Source: Marinomonas sp. 2405UD68-3 (lineage in GTDB: Bacteria > Pseudomonadota > Gammaproteobacteria > Pseudomonadales > Marinomonadaceae). Taken from it: a stretch of 24,000 bases of DNA. The notes beneath the pieces were generated by a model. It was not told the origin of the DNA, ran no database searches, and saw only the letters and a program-made list of their open reading frames with translations. Position 1 is the first letter of the stretch. Every line of letters begins with the position of its first letter. Location: positions 7,373 to 31,372 of the forward strand of contig NZ_JBLIXL010000006.1 in NCBI RefSeq assembly GCF_047525455.1, given 5' to 3'. This document shows, piece after piece, positions 17,275 through 24,000 of this stretch. A program made the translations under genes and the position numbers.

Positions 17275-18015
17275 ATGTGTACGATAAGCTGGCTATACAA
17301 TCATCAAGGTTACCAAATATTTTTCAATAGAGACGAACAACGCCGACGCGAAAAAGCACACCCTCCTGAAGTATTTCAATCGAAGCTAAATAACAGCCAC
17401 TACATTATGCCTGTTGACCCTCAAGGGAATGGATCTTGGATGGGAGTAACCTCTGACGGCGTATCCATATGTTTACTCAACTATTATCAAGGCAACTTAC
17501 CTAAAGGGCAGCTCACCAGTCGAGGAATGCTCGTTAGAAACTTACTTGAATTAACGTCTTATAAAAAAGTAGAACAATACCTAAACACTATGGATTGTAT
17601 GCAATATGCACCATTTACATTGCTTATTTTTTCCCGATCTAAAAGCCATCCTTTAAGCGTATGTTGGGATGGGCAGACAACGCTTAAAAACATTCAGGCC
17701 ACCTCGCCATTTACTTCTTCTGGTGTCGACTTCCCTTCCGTTTCAAATCACCGACAAGAAAGTTATGCAAAACTTCTAAAGCATAATAATGGAACAGTAG
17801 ACGATCATCTATTACTTAAACTCCACAGATCTCACTTACCTGAAAGATCAATGAACTCTGTTTGTATGCACAGAGGGGATGCAAAAACCGTCAGCTTAAG
17901 TCACATCAAGATCGATCAACACCAAGCGGATTACACGTATTGGGATGGGTCACCTTGCGCAACGGCAAAAGTTCATAAACAAAGATGTAAAATTTCAGAA
18001 CGAATAGAAGACTAA
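17275..18015 (+). CDS. NRDE family protein (bacterial TANGO2 homologue, Cys-nucleophile Ntn-like fold)
   Basis: 246 aa. Begins MCTISW...IFFNRDE, carrying the family-defining Cys2 and NRDE motif. Starts 2 nt after the DinB stop. Confidence 0.8.
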   Translation: MCTISWLYNHQGYQIFFNRDEQRRREKAHPPEVFQSKLNNSHYIMPVDPQGNGSWMGVTSDGVSICLLNYYQGNLPKGQLTSRGMLVRNLLELTSYKKVEQYLNTMDCMQYAPFTLLIFSRSKSHPLSVCWDGQTTLKNIQATSPFTSSGVDFPSVSNHRQESYAKLLKHNNGTVDDHLLLKLHRSHLPERSMNSVCMHRGDAKTVSLSHIKIDQHQADYTYWDGSPCATAKVHKQRCKISERIED

Positions 18016-18060
18016 CACTTCGCCCTGAATCTTTTACAAGACCCAAGGCGAAATAAAAGC

Positions 18061-18474
18061 TTACTCAGCGTCAATAACAGTAAAACTATGGGTAATTTCA
18101 ACACCACCGCGTTCAAGCATTAAAGACGCGGAGCAATACTCTTCAGCCGATAACTTCACAGCACGCTCAACTATTTTTTCTTTTAACTTACGGCCTGTTA
18201 CTACAAACGTAATATGAATTTTGGTAAAAACAGCAGGTATAGCATCCGACCTTTCTGCATCAATTTCAGCGACACAAGAAACCACATCTTGACGCGACTT
18301 TTGTAAAATTTTCACCACATCATAAGACGTACAACCACCAAGACCAGCTAAGATCAACTCCATTGGTCGAGCGCCTTTTTCTTGATTACCATCGATTTCT
18401 ATTTGAAAACCAGAACCCGTTTGTGCCGTAAAATGCACATCTTCTTGCCAAGCCACACTTGCTTTCATATTCAA
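18061..18474 (-). CDS. OsmC/Ohr-family peroxiredoxin-like protein
   Basis: 137 aa. Two conserved Cys contexts, GLGGCTSYDV and SAEEYCSASLML, typical of the OsmC family. Convergent with the five-gene operon. Confidence 0.8.
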   Translation of the reverse strand: MNMKASVAWQEDVHFTAQTGSGFQIEIDGNQEKGARPMELILAGLGGCTSYDVVKILQKSRQDVVSCVAEIDAERSDAIPAVFTKIHITFVVTGRKLKEKIVERAVKLSAEEYCSASLMLERGGVEITHSFTVIDAE

Positions 18475-18494
18475 TTCTCTACTCTCAAATTTAA

Positions 18495-18508
18495 AAACGT
18501 TAACGTTT
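18495..18508. promoter_or_regulatory. 14-nt perfect palindrome between trpC stop and osmC-like start (weak terminator or operator)
   Basis: AAACGTTAACGTTT equals its own reverse complement. CTCAAA (18484-18489) and TTTGAG (18506-18511) offer an alternative stem. A T-rich tract follows on the minus strand. Confidence 0.3.
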
Positions 18509-18548
18509 GAGATAAGATACTTTCAAGCATCTTTATCACAATAAAATA

Positions 18549-19364
18549 TTAGTTTTTGAATAGCTCTGCTAACTTTTCACCAGGCTGATCCGCCCTCATA
18601 AAAGCCTCACCAACAAGAAACGCATTCACATTTTTTGCTCTCATGGCTGCCACATCATCCATAGTGTGAATACCACTTTCTGTTACGATAAAGCGCTCAT
18701 CAGGGATGCTATCGAGTAAATCAAATGTATTATTTAAACTCAAATCAAACGTATGTAGATCTCGGTTATTAATCCCCAAAAGCTCACTCTTTGAATACTC
18801 TAACGCCAACTCAAGCTCTGCGCGGTTATGGACTTCAACCAACACATCCAAACCCAGCTCGCGTGATAACTTATCTAAACTAAATAACGCTTCACCTGAT
18901 AAACATGCCACAATCAAAAGAACGCAATCAGCCCCAATTGCACGGGCTTCATAGACCTGATAGGGATCGACAATAAAGTCTTTTCGAATAACAGGAAGCT
19001 CGCAAGCATTCCGTGCTTCAATAAGATAATTTTCGTGTCCTTGAAAAAAATCTTTGTCCGTCAATACAGACAAGCACGCTGCGCCACCTTGTTCATAAGA
19101 TTGAGCAATTTCATTAGGTATAAAGTTATCTCTTAAAACACCTTTGCTCGGAGACGCTTTTTTTATCTCAGCAATAACACCCGGTTCACCATTGGCCACT
19201 TTCGCTTTTAACGCCTTGGCAAACCCTCTAACGGGGTTGTTTTTATTTGCAGCAAGAGCAGACGCCTTAATGTCATCAAGAGAGATATGTTTTTTTCTTT
19301 CTGATATTTCTTCGTGCTTTCGAGCAACAATTTTTTTCAATATCGTTGGAGTTTCAACTTGCAT
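18549..19364 (-). CDS. trpC: Indole-3-glycerol phosphate synthase TrpC (monofunctional)
   Basis: 271 aa. Blocks [46 protein letters not shown] and ESGI. No fused PRAI (TrpF) domain. Confidence 0.95.
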   Translation of the reverse strand: MQVETPTILKKIVARKHEEISERKKHISLDDIKASALAANKNNPVRGFAKALKAKVANGEPGVIAEIKKASPSKGVLRDNFIPNEIAQSYEQGGAACLSVLTDKDFFQGHENYLIEARNACELPVIRKDFIVDPYQVYEARAIGADCVLLIVACLSGEALFSLDKLSRELGLDVLVEVHNRAELELALEYSKSELLGINNRDLHTFDLSLNNTFDLLDSIPDERFIVTESGIHTMDDVAAMRAKNVNAFLVGEAFMRADQPGEKLAELFKN

Positions 19365-19395
19365 AGTAGACCTTATCTATTTATTCGAACACACA

Positions 19396-20418
19396 TTAAA
19401 AACAACGAGTAAAACTCGCAAGTGCAGAGAACTTTTCTGTCGCTAATCCACCACCCATCACATCCTCAGCCATGGATACCCCTTCATAAAAAGAAGACGC
19501 AACACCGGACACATAGATCGCCGCACCTGCGTTCAAAGAAACAATATCACGGGCAGGGTTTACCTTACCTTTACCAGCTAATGCTTGTTTAACAAGAACA
19601 AGACTGGCTTCTGCATCCTCAACTTGTAATGTGTCAATTGATTGGCGAGGAATATCATAATCTTCAGGTACAATCTCATACTCAGTAATGACACCGTCTT
19701 TTAACTCTGCAACAAATGTTGGCTCAGCAATGCTTATTTCATCTAAGCCATCTTGAGAATGCACAACCATAACGTGTTTACTGCCTAAACGCTGTAACAC
19801 TTCAGCCATAGGTCGAACCCATTGCTTATCAAACACACCCAATACTTGATTTGTTACCGTTGCAGGGTTGGTTAATGGCCCTAACAAATTAAAAATTGTG
19901 CGTACTGCCATTTCTTTGCGCGGCCCTATAGCGTGTTTCATAGCAGAATGGTGATTAGGAGCAAACATAAACCCTAAACCCACCTCATCGACACATCGTG
20001 AAACTTGCTCTGGTGTTAGATTTAAATTAATACCTGCATGCTCAAGTAAATCCGCACTGCCCGATTTTGAAGAAATAGAACGATTGCCATGTTTTGCAAC
20101 ATAAGCACCTGCAGCGGCCGCTACAAACGCCGTCGCAGTCGACACATTAAACAACTTGCCACCATCACCACCTGTACCGCAAGTATCCACTAAATGCGCT
20201 TGATCAATGACCACTTTACTTGAAAGCTCACGCATCACCTGTGCGGCCGCCGTAATCTCATCAACGGTTTCGCCTTTCATTCGTAAACCAATAAGAAAGC
20301 CGCCAATCTGAGCCTGACTCGCCTCACCCGTCATAATAATACGCATCACTGCGCTCATTTCTTCTATTGTAAGATTTTGCTTATCGATGACTGTGGCAAT
20401 GGCCGTTTGAATGTTCAT
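19396..20418 (-). CDS. trpD: Anthranilate phosphoribosyltransferase TrpD
   Basis: The ORF-track start at 20424 is TTG. ATG 20418 has AGGAG 6 nt upstream. Blocks [26 protein letters not shown] and [10 protein letters not shown]. Confidence 0.95.
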   Translation of the reverse strand: MNIQTAIATVIDKQNLTIEEMSAVMRIIMTGEASQAQIGGFLIGLRMKGETVDEITAAAQVMRELSSKVVIDQAHLVDTCGTGGDGGKLFNVSTATAFVAAAAGAYVAKHGNRSISSKSGSADLLEHAGINLNLTPEQVSRCVDEVGLGFMFAPNHHSAMKHAIGPRKEMAVRTIFNLLGPLTNPATVTNQVLGVFDKQWVRPMAEVLQRLGSKHVMVVHSQDGLDEISIAEPTFVAELKDGVITEYEIVPEDYDIPRQSIDTLQVEDAEASLVLVKQALAGKGKVNPARDIVSLNAGAAIYVSGVASSFYEGVSMAEDVMGGGLATEKFSALASFTRCF

Positions 20419-20540
20419 CAACAACTCCTATTGAATCAAGTAAAAAGTTACCGATATTCTACACTCCTGCATCTTTACTGTCTGTAGCATAGAAAGTGCA
20501 GTAATTACGAACTCTAAATATTAAGTAACATAGATATACC

Positions 20541-20901
20541 TTATAAGGTTGAGTCTACAAGCCGTTCCAACTGCTTTGGTAAACACACTCGTGTTAAATC
20601 AAAGTTCTGCTGAATCGTTTGACGTACTTGCTGTCGAATAGACATCATATCTTCAGGATGGGACAACACCCAATTGACACATGCTGACCGTTCTTCGGTA
20701 TACAAAAATGGGCAAACCATTCCGACCATTTTCAATGACATCTTCTACAGACTCAATACGAGACGCAATAACTGGAGCAGCACAGCTCATCACTTCTAAC
20801 ATGGATCAAGAAAGTACGAAGGGATAAGTCAAATAGGTGTGGGCTTTACTTAACTGCAAAGCGACCAAAAACACATAATAAGATACAAACCTTGCACTTT
20901 C
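20541..20901 (-). pseudogene. Relic of a family-1/4 glycosyltransferase (C-terminal part only; nonsense codons plus a frameshift)
   Basis: Minus-strand frame reads [65 protein letters not shown]. This is the GT-B E-x7-E region, with TGA (20806-20808) where a Trp is expected in my recollection of related GT sequences. TAA (20902-20904) and TGA (20908-20910) lie just upstream. Near the T run at about 20705-20720 the reading continues in a different frame, as track ORF 20541-20741. A full-length N-terminus cannot fit before the phosphohexomutase stop at 21172. Confidence 0.6.
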
Positions 20902-21171
20902 TTAGCGTCACCAATCTCTCCCGATTGAACATAGAGATCCCATGATACAATTAGATCCATAGAGACGAGAAAATCGATCGAGCTTCTAGTTTGTCGAAGA
21001 TCTTTATCAAACATTTCAACTAGCGATAATCGTTGTGACAGTGGCTCTGTTTTTAATTGGCATCATACAAAAAGGATAACTACGATAATACAAAGGCAAG
21101 TAGCACCCAACCCAGCTTTCGATGCTTTAAAGGCTTATCGATATAACATGATCAAACACATTTCCTCCATA

Positions 21172-22596
21172 TTATAAATTGAGTGAACACCACTGGGATA
21201 ATTTTCCCAGAACATCACGCATTAGGTTCTCTGCTTTCTCAGGTGAATCCGACTCCACATAACAACGCAATTCAGGCGCATTTCCTGAAGGCCTAATATG
21301 AACAACATCCGCATTTTTTAATGTTAATCGTAAGCCATCTAAAGAATTACTCTCTTGCAATTCTGATGCTAAATGCAGATCAGTAAAAGCCAAACTAGGA
21401 TCAGAAAACCATTTCTTCAATAAATTATTCATACGGTTTACATCAATATTTTGCAATCGATCACTTGCCGTATGTCGTGTAAGAAGCTTTGAAACCAAAC
21501 TTGATACAGATACTTTTTCTAATCGTGATTTTGCCAATACAGCAAGCGCAGGCAGAATGGCGTCGCGCGTTGGTAAAGCCGCTAGAGGATTACCGCCTAA
21601 ATACAGCCCCTCACCACATAAAAAACCTCCATTCGCTTCAAAGCCTGCAACAGAAGCATAACCTTGAGCTAAAGATTCCATTCCAGCAATCACATAGGGC
21701 GATCCGATACGTGTTCGTTCTATTTTTTCAAAACCAACGCTATCGACAGAAGTATTAGAGTTAATCGGTAACGATACCACACGTGCCAATACCGCTTGGG
21801 CACACAAAATCCCTAATACGTCGCCTTTAAGCCAAACGCCATTTTCATCTGATAATAACGGTCTATCCCCATCACCATCCGTTGAAAAAACAGCATCCAA
21901 TTGATGCGTTTGAATCCAATCAAGCGCCTTCTTCTTATCAATATCAGACACGGCTTCTGTATCAATTGGAACAAACGAATCTGACCGTCCTAGAGAAATC
22001 ACCGTAGCACCAAGCGACTCAAAAACCTCACGATTGAGATCACGTCCAGCCGCAGAATGTTCATAAATACCAATTTTAAAACCTTTAAAAAGAGTATTCG
22101 AAAATGCTGTTATATAACGGTTCACATAATTTTCTTTCGCCAGCGACAATTCATTTAATTTAATGGCGGAAAAAGCAGGCAATGTCGTTGCATCTGATAA
22201 AATCAACAACTCATCGGCTTTGGTTATTTCACCATCCGGCCGATAAAACTTGATGCCATTACGGTCAAACGGAATATGACTGCCCGTTATCATGATTGCA
22301 GGCATTTCATCTGACATCGCCTGTAAAGCTAAGGCTGGAGTAGGCAATACACCATAAAATAATACATCGTACCCAAGAGCAGACAATGCCCCTGCACATG
22401 CTTGTGCCATAAAAAGGCTGGAAGGCCTCCTATCCATTGCCAAGGCCACTTTTTTAAATGAATACTCTTGCCTCATTGCATTCACAAACGAAACAGAAAA
22501 CGCAGCACACACGTCCTCTGTAAATTGCGTATTCAACCCGCGAGCTCCGCTTGTTCCAAAAGAAATACCACTTTCTTTAATAATTCTACTTATCAT
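21172..22596 (-). CDS. Alpha-D-phosphohexomutase (phosphomannomutase/phosphoglucomutase family)
   Basis: 474 aa. Catalytic-Ser loop ITGSHIPFDRNGIKF, metal loop FSTDGDGDRPL, sugar loop GFEANGG and phosphate loop IRPSGNAPELR. Appears intact. Confidence 0.85.
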   Translation of the reverse strand: MISRIIKESGISFGTSGARGLNTQFTEDVCAAFSVSFVNAMRQEYSFKKVALAMDRRPSSLFMAQACAGALSALGYDVLFYGVLPTPALALQAMSDEMPAIMITGSHIPFDRNGIKFYRPDGEITKADELLILSDATTLPAFSAIKLNELSLAKENYVNRYITAFSNTLFKGFKIGIYEHSAAGRDLNREVFESLGATVISLGRSDSFVPIDTEAVSDIDKKKALDWIQTHQLDAVFSTDGDGDRPLLSDENGVWLKGDVLGILCAQAVLARVVSLPINSNTSVDSVGFEKIERTRIGSPYVIAGMESLAQGYASVAGFEANGGFLCGEGLYLGGNPLAALPTRDAILPALAVLAKSRLEKVSVSSLVSKLLTRHTASDRLQNIDVNRMNNLLKKWFSDPSLAFTDLHLASELQESNSLDGLRLTLKNADVVHIRPSGNAPELRCYVESDSPEKAENLMRDVLGKLSQWCSLNL

Positions 22597-22612
22597 CTTT
22601 ACTCACTTGAAT

Positions 22613-23023
22613 TCAAGTCACAAAAAACGGATATACATGTAATTGTCGAACCAAATAAAGCCCCATATCGGAGCCAAGGTCGATTCTTATTGCCCCCGTG
22701 AATTCAGGACCATCAATTAAAAACGACAAAATCACTTCACCCGCCAACACATTCACTGTAAACATATTATCAACATGAAATTCAGAGTGTGCTTTGGTAA
22801 TGTAATACAACCAAACAACACCTGAGCAAGGTGTTTTTAACGTCACCCAAAACCAATAACGTTGAGAGTACAACTTTACTCCCATCGGACTATTATACGG
22901 ATTAATGTAAGAGGCTAAAGAATCGTTGATAGCGGGCATAGGGTCTTCTACCATTGTTAGTTTTGGGGTAAAAAGGTTCAACCACCTCTTTTGGATCGTC
23001 AATGATTCCAAGTTGTCGTACAC
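22613..23023 (-). CDS. Hypothetical protein (orphan ORF; GTG start; weak cupin-like pattern)
   Basis: 136 codons stay open in AT-rich DNA, and the stop is 16 nt before the phosphohexomutase start. No confident family match. The segment AHSEFHVDNMFTVNVLAGEVILSFLIDG...GLYLV loosely resembles cupin-type sugar-nucleotide isomerases (FdtA/WxcM C-terminal domain). Its 5' end overlaps the gmd relic. Confidence 0.35.
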   Translation of the reverse strand: MYDNLESLTIQKRWLNLFTPKLTMVEDPMPAINDSLASYINPYNSPMGVKLYSQRYWFWVTLKTPCSGVVWLYYITKAHSEFHVDNMFTVNVLAGEVILSFLIDGPEFTGAIRIDLGSDMGLYLVRQLHVYPFFVT

Positions 23024-23144
23024 GCCAAAAGTTTACAGATAGGCTTCTTTGGTCAGTTCCGCAAACATCATAACCTTGTTCTAGAAGGTGCTGCGCTAAA
23101 TACGCGCCATCCTAACCCGTAATCCCCATCAATATTGCTTTCAT
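22995..23144 (-). pseudogene. gmd: Relic of GDP-mannose 4,6-dehydratase (gmd) N-terminus with in-frame TAG
   Basis: Minus-strand frame from ATG 23144 reads MKAILMGITG-TAG-DGAYLAQHLLEQGYDVCGTDQRSLSVNFWRVRQLGIIDD. It matches the Gmd Rossmann N-terminus (GITGQDGAYLAxxLLExGYxVxG...WRLRELGI), with TAG (23112-23114) at the conserved Gln. Similarity ends after about 50 codons and the frame closes at about 22899. The rest of a roughly 340-370-aa Gmd is absent. Confidence 0.65.
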
Positions 23145-24000
23145 CCGTTGCATTTTCCCCATTATTAAAGCTCTTATCCACTTTATTCGCAGTAAACACA
23201 TTCAAATGGCGATCGGAAATAATCGGCCAATTATGATCCATTAGCCATTTTTCACGCTCCACTAGCAGGGAATCGTAGCCATGTGCTTTTATACGCCCAA
23301 TAAAAGTACTTAAAAATTGCGCTATATTCTCTGAGTCATATCCATTTAGAGAGTGTGTAACATCCCTTACTTCATCAAAAATAGGCGCTGGGGTCGTTGC
23401 AACATGTTTACAACTAATAATTGCATTTCGCACGGCGCCACTACACGATTCAAGCGTAAATTGATAAGGTAAGATAATAACGTCACAACCTGACAATTTT
23501 TCTTCGCATTCTTCACTTGGCAAAAAATCAGAATACCAATCCACATTATTTTTTACATTCAAGTCTTCTATTAGTTTTTCACAACGTTCTTTTTCATAAA
23601 AAGAAGTACCATCAGGACGCACCGCATTCACTAATCTTAATCGACTACCAACAGGTATGGTTTGTTGCTGTAACGCAGAAGAAAACCCTTTTATTAAAAT
23701 GTCAATTCCCTTATGAGGCATTAAAAAACCAAAACTCCCAACAACAAATGGCTTATCATTAATTTGATTATTACTACCATCTTCTAATAGAGGGTATTTT
23801 ACACCATGAGGCATAAGCATCACATTATCCACCAGACCTAACCGCTTTAACGTATTTAGATCATCAAGCGCATGAACAAAAATCCGTTCAAAAAAACTTA
23901 GGCATTTGACCGCAATTTGCAAATTATTCTTGTCATAAGAAAGTAATGGTCGAGTCGTATGGAGAGTGATATAAATGGATTTACCTTGTTGACGCTGAAA
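23068..24000 (-). CDS. Glycosyltransferase (GT-B, family 4-like), 5' end beyond window
   Basis: The track ORF starts at a TTG (23922), but the frame stays open to position 24000 (FQRQQGKSIYITLHTTRPLLSYDKNN...). The gene therefore begins outside the window. GT-like blocks FGFLMPHKGIDILIKGF, CDVIILPY and ESCSGAVRNAIISCKHVATTPAPIFDEV. Its 3' end overlaps the gmd relic start. Confidence 0.7.
   Translation of the reverse strand, partial: FQRQQGKSIYITLHTTRPLLSYDKNNLQIAVKCLSFFERIFVHALDDLNTLKRLGLVDNVMLMPHGVKYPLLEDGSNNQINDKPFVVGSFGFLMPHKGIDILIKGFSSALQQQTIPVGSRLRLVNAVRPDGTSFYEKERCEKLIEDLNVKNNVDWYSDFLPSEECEEKLSGCDVIILPYQFTLESCSGAVRNAIISCKHVATTPAPIFDEVRDVTHSLNGYDSENIAQFLSTFIGRIKAHGYDSLLVEREKWLMDHNWPIISDRHLNVFTANKVDKSFNNGENATDESNIDGDYGLGWRVFSAAPSRTRL

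Noticed and set aside
18019-18052. Imperfect hairpin TTCGCCCTG / CAAGGCGAA between the convergent NRDE and OsmC-like genes, considered as a bidirectional terminator
   Set aside because: It has one internal mismatch, a 16-nt loop and no U-tract on either strand. That is too weak to call a terminator.
13074-18060. tRNA-Arg-linked mobile genomic island
   Set aside because: No integrase, transposase or phage gene is present. I found no direct repeat of the tRNA 3' end anywhere downstream in the window. Base composition looks similar to the flanks by eye. I kept it only as a low-interest boundary observation.
20541-20741. 66-aa ORF as a stand-alone small protein
   Set aside because: Its sequence (…VLSHPEDMMSIRQQVRQTIQQNFDLTRVCLPKQLERLV) is the C-terminal tail of the glycosyltransferase relic. 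The relic's catalytic region lies just upstream in another frame.
22613-23023. Treating ORF 22613-23023 as the in-frame 3' part of gmd
   Set aside because: It is in a different frame from the gmd N-terminal relic. At 136 codons it is far too short to supply the missing roughly 300. Its C-terminus shows no Gmd similarity. Only one short segment is reminiscent.
20806-23114. Stop-codon recoding (TGA as Trp at 20806-20808, TAG as Gln at 23112-23114)
   Set aside because: Both relics also carry frameshifts, further stops or large deletions. TGA and TAG act as genuine terminators of well-conserved genes in this window, for example TAG for flgB and flgC and TGA for the OlsF-like gene. Simple G:C-to-A:T nonsense mutations explain both.

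Overview
AT-rich gammaproteobacterial chromosome segment with a polar-flagellum-type gene order. Positions 1-12900 hold a flagellar hook-basal-body cluster. On the minus strand it reads flgK (5' part, runs off the window), flgJ-I-H-G-F-E-D-C-B, then cheR and cheV. flgA-flgM-flgN diverge on the plus strand. By eye I found near-consensus sigma28 promoters before flgM and flgK, a sigma54 -24/-12 element before flgB, and an intrinsic terminator between flgE and flgF. A tRNA-Arg(CCU) at 13074-13149 separates this cluster from a tightly packed five-gene plus-strand operon (13243-18015). Its products are a DedA membrane protein, an ATP-grasp ligase with a hydrophobic N-terminus, an OlsF-like bifunctional N-/O-acyltransferase, a DinB-fold protein and an NRDE/TANGO2-family protein. 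This operon is the most interesting element: a candidate pathway for a modified amino-acid lipid that matches no aminolipid gene set I know. Downstream on the minus strand are an OsmC-like gene, trpC and trpD (no trpG). A partly decayed sugar-nucleotide/glycosyltransferase locus follows: a GT relic, an intact phosphohexomutase, an orphan ORF, a gmd relic with an in-frame TAG, and a GT that runs off the right edge. I saw no CRISPR array, IS element, integrase or recognisable defence gene. All family assignments rest on motifs read by eye; no database search was possible.
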